A stretch of 64,000 nucleotides of DNA from positions 16,182,001 to 16,246,000 of the forward strand of contig NC_086124.1 in the NCBI RefSeq assembly GCF_963921235.1, read 5' to 3'. The notes beneath the pieces are model-generated. The model saw nothing but the letters and a program-made list of their open reading frames with translations. It was not told the DNA's origin and did no database searches. The position numbers and the translations under genes are program-made. Positions within the stretch are counted from its first letter, which is position 1. The number at the start of each line of letters is the position of its first letter. Source of the DNA: Mobula hypostoma. Its lineage: Eukaryota. Positions 24,325 to 37,032 of this stretch are shown piece by piece.

Positions 24325-25800
24325 CATAAGACATAGGAACAGAAAAAGTCATTTGGTCCATCGAGTGTGCTTCACCGTGGCTGATCCATTTCCCTCTCTG
24401 CCCCAGTCTCCTGCCTTTTCCCTGTAAAACATCAGGTCCTGACCAATCAAATATCTATCAAGCTCTTCCTTAAATATACCCAATCACTTTGACTCCACAG
24501 TCACTTGTGGCAATGAATTCCACTGACTCACCACTCTCTAGCTAAACGTTTTTATTTTCATCTTTGTTCTGAATGGACATCCCTCTATTTTAAAGCTGTG
24601 ACCACTGGTCTCAGACTCCCACACCATAGTAAATATTCTCTCCTTATTCACTTTATCGAGACCTTTCTACATTTGATAGGTTTCAATGAGGTCACCCCTC
24701 ATTTTTTGGAATTGAAGTAGAAGCCCAGAGCATTCAAACACTCTTCATATGTCAAAGCTTTTCTATCCTGGACACATTTTCATGAACTTTCTTTGATTCT
24801 TCCACAATGTCAGCCATCCTTTCTGAGATAAGATCCCCAAAACTACTCCAAATGAGACTTTATCGGTGTCTTATAAAACCTCAACATTACATTCTTACTT
24901 TTAAATTCTTGTCCTCCTGAAATGAATGCTAAGATTGCATTTGCCTTCTTCACTACCGACTCAACAAGCAAACTAACCTTTAATGGATCCTTCATGAGGA
25001 CTCCCAAGTCCCTCTTCCTCTCAGATTTTTGAATTTTCTCTCCAATTTGAAACAGTGTACACTTTTATTTCTTCTACAGAGTGCATGACCATACAATTCC
25101 CAAATCTGTATTCCATCTGCCACTTCTTTGCTCATTCTCCTAATTTGTTTAAGTCCTTCTGTAGACTCCTTGCTTCCACAGCACTACCTGCTCCTCCACC
25201 TATCTCTATATCATCCACAGACTTGGCAAAAGGCCCTCGATTCCATCATCTGAATCATTGACATATAGTGTAAAAAGGTGTTCCAACACAGACCTCTGTG
25301 GAACCACACTACTCACTGGCAGCACTCCAGAAAAGTCTCCTTTTATTCATACATTTTGCCCCCTGCCAATCTGCCTATGCTCTACCCATACCAGTATCTT
25401 TTTTTTGTAATTTCATGGGGGGCGGGGGTCATCTTGTTCAGCAGCCTCAAGGGTGGCACCTTGTCAAAGGCTTCTAAAAATCTAACTACATAACATCCAT
25501 TGATTCTCCTTTATTTATTCTGTTTGTTATCTCTTCAAAGAATTCCAACAGATTTTCCCTGAAGAAAACCATCCTGTCATTGGCTGATTTTATCATGTGC
25601 TCGCAAGTATCCAACACCACAATCAACTCCAACATCATCCCAATCGCTCAGGTCAGACTCACTGGCCAATGATTTCCTTTCCTCTGCATCTCTCGCTTCT
25701 TGAAGAGCGAAGTGATTTTTGCAATTTTCTAGTCCTCCAGAACCATTCCAGAATCTACTGATTCTTGAAAGATCATTGCTAATGACTCTATAATCTGTTC
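24325..25800 (-). mobile_element. Degraded CR1 RT and 3' end
   Basis: Antisense CR1 RT sequence with its 3' tail at about 24325. Confidence 0.75.
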
Positions 25801-26009
25801 AAATGTTCCACCTGGTATTGGTTTATACTGATATTCAACCCTCAGGAAACTCAGCTTGTGTAGAAAAATTAAATAACATAACAACTTTAATAACATTCTT
25901 CATTATGTAAAAACTTTCTCAGAAATCTTTTGCAGTGACAGCGAAATGCAGGACCTTTACCCCGCACTCAGCATACCCGCACAGCCGTCCTTCAACAGAC
26001 ACTGTGGGC

Positions 26010-26025
26010 GGCCCCGAAAAGAGCC
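26010..26025 (-). terminator. Variant histone stem-loop (H2A)
   Basis: GGCTCTTTTCGGGGCC: two A>G changes give G-U pairs. Confidence 0.75.
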
Positions 26026-26055
26026 TTTGGGTTACTGGTTTCAGGTTCTGTCGTT

Positions 26056-26436
26056 TCACTTGCTGGCTCCACCGGTTTTCTTGGGCAACAGCACGGCCTG
26101 GTTGTTGGGCAGCACCCCGCCCTGAGTGATGGTCACCCCTCCCAGCAGCTTGTTGAGCTCCTCGTCGTTATGGATGGCCAGCTGCAGATGCCTGGGGATG
26201 ATGCGGGTCTTTTTGTTGTCCTGGGCTGCGTTGCCGGCCAGCTTAAGGATTTCAGCCATCAGATACTCGAGCACAGCAGCCAGATAGACCAAGGCTCCGG
26301 CACCCACCCGCTCAGCATAGTTACCCTTTCTCAGAAGCCTGTGAACACGGCCGACCGGGAACTGAAGTCCGGCACAGGACGAGCGAGACTTGGCCTTGGA
26401 CCGAACTTCGCCGCCGGATTTTCCACATCCACTCAT
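26056..26436 (-). pseudogene. H2A: Histone H2A with open frame but many non-conservative substitutions (probable decaying copy)
   Basis: Relative to the H2A at 35544: R3C, K9E, R20C, P48L, T59M, E64K, R71Q, R88H, A103T, I111N; many are CpG-type transitions. Confidence 0.75.
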
Positions 26437-27235
26437 TTTCACAATATCAGCAATTTTTTTTCACGGAGAGGGAGGAAATGTTTCCGGGTCTCGTTATTCC
26501 TGTACCTTCAAGGGGAATGCAGTGAGACATTTATGATTGATGTAACAAGGGTTACTCTCATAGGATAGAAGAAATGAACTAATCAGAAAGCAGACTTATT
26601 TACCAATCAATATCAAAAACAAAAGCATGGAAAATAACCGTTACTCTCCTAAAAAATTGAAGAGTACCTACCAAAAATCCTTTATTCAAACATAATCTAA
26701 AATCAAGTCATTACAGTTCTGCTTGTTGACTTCTTCTCCGCATTCACCCATTACTAAAGTCCGTCACTACTAATCGTTAAGTGTAGCTAATATTGCAGAA
26801 GAGCCTAGGGATTTAATTCTACGATTTCCTGGCTCAGATCAAAAATCGTTTCTCAGCTTCATTTCCCAGTCAGTCCTTGTGTGTAAATTGCACCAGGTTA
26901 TGAACGAACTCTGACTGTAGTTTTCACAAATTATTGGTGAAAGAACCACCTGGCATTGAAATGGGATTCAGAAATTACCAAAAATGGGACAGAAATTAAT
27001 AAAGCACATACCCTAAAACAATCAAACGAGAAGGAACAGGAAACATCCACTTCACTGACACAATTTGTGATTATCGCGACAAAGTGACAAGAAGGAGGGG
27101 TCATGTTTCCATGTGTACATCAATTAAACTGGATGAGAAATTGGGATAATACCAACCAGTGGACAGCATATTCCGATTAACATGAATAGGATTTGAATTG
27201 GCTCAAGAAGCAGCTCTGTTAGTGAAATACTGAGT

Positions 27236-27251
27236 GGCTCTTAAAAGAGCC
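27236..27251 (-). terminator. Histone stem-loop (H2B pseudogene)
   Basis: GGCTCTTTTAAGAGCC on the minus strand. Confidence 0.9.
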
Positions 27252-27283
27252 TTTTGGTTTTCAGTTTGTTTTGGCAGCACTCT

Positions 27284-27655
27284 TCACTTGGAGCTGGTGT
27301 ATTTGGTCACTGCCTTTGTCCCTTCTGATACTGCGTGCTTGGTCAGCCCCCCGGGCAGCAGTAGGCGCACGGTGGTCTTCATCTCCGGGGAGCTGATGGT
27401 CGACCACTTGTTGTAATGGGCTAGGCGGGACGCCTCGCCAGCGATGCATTCAAAAATGTCGTTCACAAATGAGTTCATGATGCTCATGGCCTTGGAAGAG
27501 GTGCTGGTGTCGGGGTGAACTTGCTTCATCACTTTGTAGATATAGATGCAGTAACTCTCCTTCCTCAGCCTCCTGCGCTTCTTGCCAGGCTTACCTGTTG
27601 GTTTCTGCAGCACTTTCTTAGCGCCCTTCTAGGGAGCAAGTTTCTGATCGGGAAT
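27284..27655 (-). pseudogene. H2B: Histone H2B pseudogene
   Basis: Start appears as ATT, in-frame TAG at codon 9 (IPDQKLAP*KGAKK), numerous missense changes in the fold (FECI, NKWS, SPEMK). Confidence 0.92.
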
Positions 27656-28064
27656 TTCTTCAGTCAACTTGAGACCCAGAAATAAGTAGAATAATTTTCG
27701 GAGCGCAAATTAAATAGGCAGAGCTGACAGCAGAATGGTAATAAGACATGGGGAATCTGAGCATATTTCATTAGCTGATGGGAGAGATGACTCTCCCATC
27801 GAATTTATTTCGAACAATCCAATCCGTTAACTGGATATCAGAAGGAACAAATTGAAATCGCTCACTCCACCAACAGAAACCACGCACATTCAGTTTGGCT
27901 AACAGTGCGGACTGGGAACCTTGCCAACCAGAGAGAATTGGGGTTGAAATTACACAAAGGAAAACAGAAAATATAGATGCACATGGAATAAGAACACACT
28001 CTGATGGCAAGTTGAAAGTAAATTTATTATTAAAGTCCAAATGACCTGACTTGGTCCAACCAAG

Positions 28065-28720
28065 CAGAGTTAACTGCCAAGAAGGCCCACCAGCACCCTT
28101 ACTTCCTGAGAAAACTGAAGAAATTTGGCCTGTCCCCTAAAACCCTCACTAATTTTTATAGATGCACTGTAGAAAGCATTCTTCTAGGGTGCATCACAAC
28201 CTGGTATGGAAGTTGTCCTGTCCAAGACCGAAAGAAGCTGCAGAAGATCGTGAACACAGCCCAGCACATCAAACCAATCTTCCATCCTTGGACTCACTTT
28301 ACACCGCACGCTGTCGGAGCAGTGCTGCCAGGATAATCAAGGGCACGATCCACCCAGCCAACACATTTTTCGTCCTTCTTCCCTCCGGAAGAAGGCTCAG
28401 GAGCTTGAAGACTCATATGGCCAGATTTGGGAACAGCTTCTTTCCAACTGTGATAAGACTGCTGAACGGATCCTGACCCGGATCTGGGCCATACCTTCCA
28501 AATATCCAGACCTCCCTCTCGGTTTTTTTGCACTACCTTACTTTCCATTTTCCTATTTTCTATTTATGATTTATAATTCAATTGTTTATATTTATAAATT
28601 TTTACTATTTTTAATATTTAATATTTGTAATCCGGGGAGCGGGAAGCACAGAATCAAATATCGCTGTGATGATTATATGTTCTAGTATCAATTGTTTGGT
28701 GACAATAAAGTATAAAGTAT
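28065..28720 (+). mobile_element. Rex1/Babar LINE 3' fragment (relatively young)
   Basis: RIIKGTIHPANTFFVLLPSGRRLRSLKTHMARFGNSFFPTVIRLLN; (TAAAGTA)n tail. Confidence 0.8.
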
Positions 28721-31175
28721 ATGTCACCATCAACAAGCATAATTTATTTTCTTCCAGGCATATTTAATAACTCCACAACAGAATTCTAACCATAATAAAA
28801 TAAATGGGAGACCATATGAATTTGGGCATTCAACCAGTGTGCAAAAGGCATGAAATGTGCAAATACAAAAAGAAATAATAATATTACACAAATAAGCAAT
28901 ATACCTTGAGAACTGGAGGTGAAGAGCCTTTGCAAGTGAGACGTTTGTGGAAACGTTTCAACAATGAAGGAATTTATCCTCTTTGGTTCAAGAGATGGAC
29001 GGTTGAGGGATAATAACCATTCCTGAAACTGATGGTGTGAGTCCTGAGGTTCTTTTATCTTCTTCCTGCTCGCAGTAGTGAGATGAGAGCATGTCCTAGG
29101 TGGTGGTGGGGGGGAGCAGTGGGGGGAGCTGGGGGGAACCCAAAGATGGATACTGATTTTTCTAATGGAACTAATATTGAGTTTTGCCATTCCAAGTGGT
29201 CAATGCAGTTTCCACGAACACGTCTGTAGAAGTTTATGCATATGAAATATTTTAATATAGAAAATGAAACATAGAACATAGAAGAATACAGCACAGGAAC
29301 AGACCATTCGGCTAACAATGTTGTGCCCAACCAGCTGAAAAGCAAATCAAAAACACCCAAAGACTAATCCCTCCTACCTACACCATGTCCATATCTCTCC
29401 ATGTTCCTTACAACGATCACGAAAATGCCTCCACAATCTCTTCAGTAACCTCTTTCAGCACCCTGGGGTGTTTCCCATTTGATGCAGTGACTTACCTACC
29501 TTCAGACCTTTAAGTTTCCCAAAAATCTTCTCCCATGCAATGGCAGCTTCATACACATCTGCCCCTTGACACACTCAGACTTCTGGCGTACCGTTAGTTA
29601 CTGCCTTCCACAGTGAAGACACAAGCAAAACATATTCAGTTCATCCACCTTGCGTCACATTGTTACTTGTCCAGCATGGTTTCACAGCAGTGCGATAACT
29701 ACTCTCAACTCTCTTTTGCACTTTTAGTAACTGAAGGGACTTTTGGCATTCTATGTAATATTATTGGCTAGCTTACCTGCATATTAAATCTTTCCCTGCT
29801 TTATGACTTTTTAGTTACATTCTGTTGGGTTTTAAAAGCTTCCCAAACTTTAACTTCCCATTAACTTTTGCTCAATTAGATGCCTTCCCTTTGTTTCGTA
29901 TGTTGGCTTTCACTTCTCTTGTCAGCCACAGATGTGTCATTCTGCCTTTAGAATACTTCCTCCTCTTTGGGACATTTATATCTTGTGCCGTCCAGATTTC
30001 TCCTAGAAATTCCAACTATTGTTGCTCAGTCTGTTATCCCTGTCAGCGTTCTTTCCCTATCAATTTTGCCCTGTTCCTCTCTCATGCTACTGTAATCTCC
30101 TTTACTCCACTGTAATATTGGTGCATCTGACTTTATGTTCTCCTCAAATTGCAGGGTGAATTCCATCATTTTATGATCACTAACACCACCTTAAACTCTC
30201 TAAACACATCCAGTTCATTGCACTGTGCGCAAATGCAGCAATGCTCATCCTTTAGTGGGCTCAACCACGAACTTTGCTAAAAAAAAAAGAACCTTGTAGG
30301 CATTCTAGAAATTCCCAACCTGATTTTTCCAATCCACCTGCATATTGAACTCACCCATAACTATGGCAACATTGCCATTTTTGCATGTATTTTCGATGTG
30401 TCATTGTAATTTACAAACCATATCTGTTTGGGGCTTGTATACAGGGAGTTGTACCTTTGTACTTCCTGAACTCTACTCCTAATGTTTCATCTCCTTCCAG
30501 CCCAACGTCACCTCTTTCTAATGATTTGATTACGTATTTTTTTTTTACGGACAGAGTCACACCACTCCTTTTGCCTATCTGCCTCTCTTTTTGATACAAT
30601 GTATGTCCTTAGACATTAAGCTACTAGCTATAATCTACTTTTAGCTGTGATTCAGTGATACCAACAATGGGCATATATGCCAATGTGTAAATATGCTACA
30701 AGTTAATTTACATTATTCTATATACTGCATGCATTCAAGTATAACACGTTCTGTCCTGTATTCACCCCTTCTGATTTTGTCCACCTTATGTATTGCAAGT
30801 CATCCTGTTGACTGCAATTTTGCCCTCTCATCAGCCCCTCCTTGCTAGCAGTCTCTCTACACACAGCCTCTATTTGAAAACCTACTACCTCATCCTCAGC
30901 ATGATGACTCCAGTTCCCATCCCCCTGACAAATTAGTTTAAACCCTCCAGACCAACTCTGGTAAACCTGCCGGCACAGATATCAGTTCTCCTTAGGATCA
31001 GGTGTCACCCATCCCTTTCATAAATGTCGTACCTTCCCCAGAAGAGATTCTAATGATTGATAAATATACACCACTGCACTAGTTCCTCAGCCACTTATTC
31101 ACTTACCAAATCATCCTATTATCCTTAACAGTGTAACAGAAACTCTCACAAGCAATATACTCAATGTTAACAGGC
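28720..31175 (-). mobile_element. Antisense Rex1 and CR1 fragments
   Basis: CR1 endonuclease remnant (ERQIGKRSGVTLSVK...LERGDVG) and Rex-type HALISLL..GRR. Confidence 0.65.
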
Positions 31176-31974
31176 ACTGTGTGTGTCAGCAGTCAGTCAA
31201 GCTAGTTTTATTTTCTCTGTCGATCAGCTCCCAAACGTTGCTGTTCAGTAATCCGTTGCCACACCCCTCCTCATCATCATTACCCCTACCACTGTCTGGA
31301 GCCCCAAGCTCAGCACCTGTGCTGAGACAGCCCTGGTTTCTGACTCTGTTTCACTGAATTGGTCCCCCATTCTGCTTTCAGACTTTAGTGGACCGTGGTG
31401 TATTCTATCAACCCAGCTGTGTGAGACTCTGCACTTTCGAAGCAGTGAAACTGTCCCACAACAATGAATAGAGCTGGTTTAGGAGGAGGCTGACGACCAA
31501 TATCAGTCTTCTTCAGCTAAGAAATTTGAGGGATGAAGAACATGGGGGACATAACTGAAGTCAGCTCGTTGTCATTTTCAGTCTGCGGAAATTCACATAG
31601 GAAATACAAGGGACACCTCTGTTAGGGATCCACCACCACAGAGAGAGTTGGGGTGGTGAACAGCGAGGATGGATTAACAAGAACTGTTGGGGAACAGAAA
31701 CACTGTCAGGGAGCAGCCGGGCTGAGTTGACTCCCTTCTGTACACTGCGGGTGTTGTAGATTCACTAGGTATCTGAGACAGAGTTTAAAGTAGAACTGAT
31801 TTATTAGTCACAGATGCAGAATAAGAACATCAGATCCTATTAAACATCAACAGAAGTAATTTCTCCCATGCCCAGTGACCAGCTGTAGAACTGAGTGGAG
31901 CAATAATTGCAAAATTCAACACCAAAAGTCACTTCTGAACTTGCCTCTGGATTCAACTACTGTAATGGTTAAAT

Positions 31975-32930
31975 ATCAATCACGCAGCTGATTTAAACCT
32001 TTTCCTCAGTGCGAACTCAGTCTATCAGTGTGTCACAAAGAGGGTTGAGTAATTGAATCCCTTCCCATATTCAGAGCAGGTTGAATGGATTCTCCCCTGT
32101 GTGAATTCATTGACGCAGCTTCAGTTCAAATGAATGAGTGAATCTCTTTGCATAATCTGAGAAGGTGAGTGGTTTCTCTCCAAGGTGAACTCACTGGTAT
32201 CTCTGTAGGTCAGATGAGCAAGTGAATCCCTTCCCACAGTCTGAAGAGGTGAATGGCCTCTCCCCAGTGTGAACTGACTGCTGACTCTGTAAATCAGATG
32301 ACTGAGTGAATCTCTTCCTAGTCAAAACAGGTGAATGGCCTCTCCCCAGTGTGAACTGACTGGTGTGTGAGTTGTTGAGATGACTGAGTAAATCCTTTTC
32401 CTCAGTCAGAGCCTCTGAACGGCCTCTCTTCAGTGTGACCTGACTGATGTCTCTGCAGCCTGAATGACTGAGTGAATCCCTTTTCACTTATAGAGCAGTT
32501 GAGTGGACTGTCCCTAGTGTGAACTCGCTGGTGTCTCTGTATGGTGGATAATTGTGTGAATCCCTTCTCACAGTCTGAGCAGGAGAAAGTCTCCTGTCCA
32601 GTATGAATTTGATGATGTATCTTCAGTTGAGATGACTGAGTGAGTCCCTTCCCACAGTCTGAACAAGTGAACAGCCTCTCCCCAAAGTGAACTCGCTGGT
32701 GTCTCTGTAGGTCAGATTATTGAATAAATCCCTTCCCACAGTCTGAGCAGGTGAACAGCCTCCCCTCAGTGTAAACTCGTTGGCTGAATGAGTGAGTGAA
32801 CCCTTCCCACACCACAGTTCTCCATGAATTTCCTGGCAATGCATCATGTCAGATGTCAGGCATAGTGAATCCCTTGCACAATAAATGCAGTTGAAGGACT
32901 GATCTCTTGTGAACTAATGCTGATGTGTTC
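31975..32930 (-). pseudogene. Degenerate tandem C2H2 zinc-finger array (about 10 fingers)
   Basis: Repeats of about 84 nt encoding VHTGERPFTxSDCGKGFT with frameshifts, stops and lost Cys/His; AATAAA on the minus strand at about 31800. Confidence 0.88.
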
Positions 32931-32939
32931 TCAGTACAT

Positions 32940-33490
32940 GGTTCCAGACAGTTTTACTGAATTACAGAAGAAAACTTCATTTCACAGGCAAAGTACATTC
33001 CCAGCTGGGGTGAAATAATTTGTGGTCTCCAAGTATCGATAACAGATATATTGACGTTACTACGGAAGTAACTGAAGTAGTGGTGACTATATGTATCATC
33101 AATATGATGGAATAGCTCCATTGTTTACAGAAGGTTCTAAACACTAAATAATCTACAGATGCTGTTGTCAAAGGAACACTCACAATGCGCTGGAGGAACT
33201 CAGCAGATCAGTCAGCATCAGTTGAAAAGATTAGTCGACGTTTCCGGCCAAAACCCTTCGTCAGGACTGAAGGAAGAACTTTGGGGTGGTCAAGGTTCTA
33301 AAGGCCTAGTATCTCATAACATTGGTGCAGCTGTCTTTATCCCAGAATTTCAGGTGTTAGTAAAAGATTATCTAGTGATCTTTCAGCTTGTACTGTTGAA
33401 ATGGCAGCAATCCTTCTTACCTTGCAGTGGATAGAGGATTTACAACATAACTGTGTTGTTATCTAGTCTGATTCCTTGGCCATACTGGTT
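32940..33490 (+). mobile_element. Second I-group LINE RNase H remnant, with a Penelope end inserted at about 33170-33285 (minus)
   Basis: Homologous to 23440-23730 (GSKGLVSHNIGAAVFIPEF). Confidence 0.7.
33232..33269 (-). ncRNA. Minimal hammerhead ribozyme motif, catalytic core intact
   Basis: CAGTC-CTGACGA-AGGGTTTTGGCCG-GAAAC-GTC-GACTA: CUGANGA, GAAA, ACGU palindrome and GUC triplet present; stem II closing pair mutated. Confidence 0.7.
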
Positions 33491-33499
33491 TAAATGCCA

Positions 33500-35025
33500 G
33501 AAGATCATCAAATATACTGTAGGATCAGAATTAGGTCATTTGGCCCATCGAGTTTACTCTGCCATTTCACCATGGCTGATCCATTTCCCTCTCAGTCATA
33601 ATCTCCTGGCTTCCCTTCATAACCCTTTAGGCCTTGACTAATAAAAAAATCTCTCAACGTCTGCCTTAAATCCTTTAGCCTCCACGCCTGCCTGTGGCAA
33701 GCAATTCCACACATTCACCACTGTCTGGCTAACAGTATTCCCCCTCATCTCCCTTCTAAATAGATGTCCCTCTTTTTTTTTTTTACAAAACTATAAAAGT
33801 TTAATTTACACAAGTACACAAAGTGAAAACATTCACTTTGAATTGACTCTGAAAATAGTCGATTCCAGGGAGCCCACTGCTCTGGGAAATCGCCCACTGT
33901 ACCCATTGTGACCGCATGCTCACTCTCCAACGACAGCCGGGCACAAATGTATCCTCAGAAGAGGGGCAGGCAGTCGGTCCTGGGAGACTTTCCGCCACCT
34001 GAACCTGTGAATGGCCATCTTGGCCAGGCCCAGTAGCAAGCCCACCAGTAGATCCTCCTCACTGAGGAGCATGGGGCTGAGGTACAAGCAGAACCTGAGC
34101 AGCAGCCCCTTCAGATACTTAAACAAGGATGCAACTAGTCTTAAACTCCTCCACGATAGGAAAATTTCTCATCATATCTACTCTATCAAGGCCTTTTAAC
34201 ATTTGATATCTTTTAATGTGGTTTTCTCATTCTTCTGCATTTCAGTAAGTAGAGACTCAGAACCACCAAAAGCTCTTCATATACCAAGTTCCAATCACAG
34301 AATTATTTTTGAATCTTCTTCCAACCTCTAAATATCAGCACACCTTTTCTTAGATAACGGTCCCTCAACTGCTCACTGTACTCAGTGAGGCCTTACTGAT
34401 GCTTTATAAAGTCTCAACATTGCATTCTTGCTTTTATATTCTATTTCTCTGAAATAAGTGCCAATATTGCATTTACCTTCCTCACCACTGACTCAAACTG
34501 CAAATTAACCTTTAGGAGATCCTGCACAATTTCTCACAAGGACATCTGCACCTCAGATATTTTGATTTTTCCCTCATTTAGAAATAATTTATGCTTTTAT
34601 TTTTTTCTACGATAGTGCATAACCAAACACTTCCTGACACCATATTCAATCTGCTACTTCTTTGCCCATTCTCCTAATCTGTCTGTCCTTCTGCAGATAG
34701 TCTGCTTGTATCTCCACTTATCTTTGTATCATCCACAAACTTGGCACAAAGCCATCAATTGCATCATCCAGGTCATTGACATATAACGAGAGAAGCTGTC
34801 CTAAGGCAGACACTTGTGGAACACTTGCCTCTTTATACATCTGAAGAAACTTTTGGTCTCCTCTTTATTATTATTCCTTAGTTTACCTTCGGATTCCATC
34901 ATTATGACTCTATTTCACTTGTGTTGGTTTTTAAAAGATTTCCGATCTTCTAACCCCACTAGTTTTTGCTCCATTATACGCCCTCTCTTTGCCTTTTTTT
35001 ATGTTGGCTCTGACTTCCCTTGTTC
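33500..35025 (-). mobile_element. Degraded CR1 with a Tx1 3' fragment inserted at about 33773-34125
   Basis: Poly-T at about 33773; DLLVGLLLGLAKMAIHR...ESEHAVTMGTVGDFPEQWAP. Confidence 0.75.
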
Positions 35026-35522
35026 CCCTTTAAATTGCAAAAACTGCAGGCTAGACTCCATTCGCAGTTTGAAAAGAGTAACACATTAGTAACCTGGCGC
35101 GGTTCATGCAATGACCGCGAACAGAAGCTGACAATCGATTTTTGAAAGAAATTGGCGAAATAAATCACCAGACACTGTTACAAAAATAGCTACACTTATG
35201 ATAAATGTGGCGGAATTCAGTAATGGTTGATTGGGGAGACGAATTCGACAAAGAGACCTGCAATGATTTGATTTTAGATAAGGTTTAAACAAAGCATTTT
35301 TGGCGGGCTGTTTCAAGTTTCAGTTTGTTTTGGGAGAGGAAGCGGTTATTTTCCGCGCTTCTGCTGTTGTCTCTTGATTGGTGAATAAGGCAGCTTTCCA
35401 ATTGTTTTATTGGTTCTTTCAATACGATTGGACTTAATTGTACCAATCAGACACGTTCCGCTGCATTCCCCCAAAAGGTACAAGAAGGGCGAGGTCCCGA
35501 TGCGATTCCTCATTGTCTGTGA

Positions 35523-35924
<402 letters not shown>

Positions 35925-35954
35925 AACGACAGACTCTGAACCCAGTGACTCAAA

Positions 35955-35995
35955 GGCTCTTTTCAGAGCCGTTCACAGTGTCTGTGAAAGGGCTG
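35955..35995 (+). terminator. Histone 3' stem-loop and downstream element (H2A)
   Basis: GGCTCTTTTCAGAGCC at 35955-35970; GAAAGGGCTG. Confidence 0.95.
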
Positions 35996-36582
35996 CTCTG
36001 CGGATATCATGAGCGCGGGGGAAAGGGCTCTTGTCCGGATTAGATTTTTGTGCTAATTTTTAAGCAGGGCGCATTAAAATTCCTTGCTGGTGCGTAACTG
36101 ACAGGGTGACGGTGGGTGATGGTGGGTGCCCAGTCGGAGCTGGTTCCTCAGTTGACTATTGGAGTTGAATGTCCGCTCCGATTGCATCTATTATACACAG
36201 CGGTGCGATCGGCTTCATGCACGTCATCGATTTCAAGCAGACGCCTTTTCCAGAACAGCTACGGGCGGGTGGGGTGAATATAATCTCTGCCCGGGTACCG
36301 AAGTCTGTGATTGGCAGCCAGTCCGAAATCATCCGCTCCGAATATTTGGCTGTCATCAGGAATGGTTGAGGAAGTTAATTTTGCAGAAAGACGAAAATTA
36401 TCGTAGCTTTACTTACATTTATCTTCTAAACAAGCCGGTTTAGATGTGCGGTGGTTTACTGAATCGCGTTCGGAGCTGAGGGCGTTTTCTGCGGGAGTAC
36501 AAACCGTGGGACCCCCCCCCCCCCCCCGCAGCGTGTTGTGAGTGTTGCTTTGACCCCAGCATCTGCAGAGTATTTTGTGTTA

Positions 36583-36808
36583 ATAATTGACTTATTCATG
36601 CGAGGAAAATATGCGCTGTGTGTTTAATATTAAATTCGTTAGATAAACCCATTTAGAAACGAAATTGAGTGTATTAGCCACTTATAAGTGACTTATAGTT
36701 GACTTATCACCTATATTCCGGTCGTGATTAACCCACCCCCCAACCCCGGTCCGCAAGAATATTGTCAATATTAAACCGGTCCGCGGTACAAAATTGGTTG
36801 GGGACCCA
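36583..36808 (+). mobile_element. 3' end of the same hAT family as 13026-14151
   Basis: Aligns by eye to 13915-14150; ends GGTTGGGGACCC. Confidence 0.85.
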
Positions 36809-36859
36809 ATAAACCCTGCTAATTGCGTCACCCTGGGATGTATTTGGCCCATTCACATT

Positions 36860-36950
36860 ATCCAATCAAAGCATTAGATTGAAATGTTAACTCATTCGTC
36901 CAAATCTACCAATGAGAACCTAAACATTACGATTCCTCATTAGCATAAGG
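36860..36950 (+). promoter_or_regulatory. H2B promoter remnant (CCAAT boxes, octamer variant)
   Basis: CCAAT at 36862 and 36909; CTCATTAGCATAAG (octamer-like ATTAGCAT at 36939-36946). Confidence 0.6.
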
Positions 36951-37032
36951 GCACTAGCATTAGACACTTGCTATTTGTTCCGCGCTCCGAGTGTTTCCAT
37001 CTCTTACTGTGTCCGAAACATGCTCTGCAAAT

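Noticed and set aside
31975-32930. 84-bp periodic repeats as a CRISPR-like array or functional ZNF gene
   Set aside because: They are C2H2 finger repeats in a eukaryote, with several frameshifts and stops.
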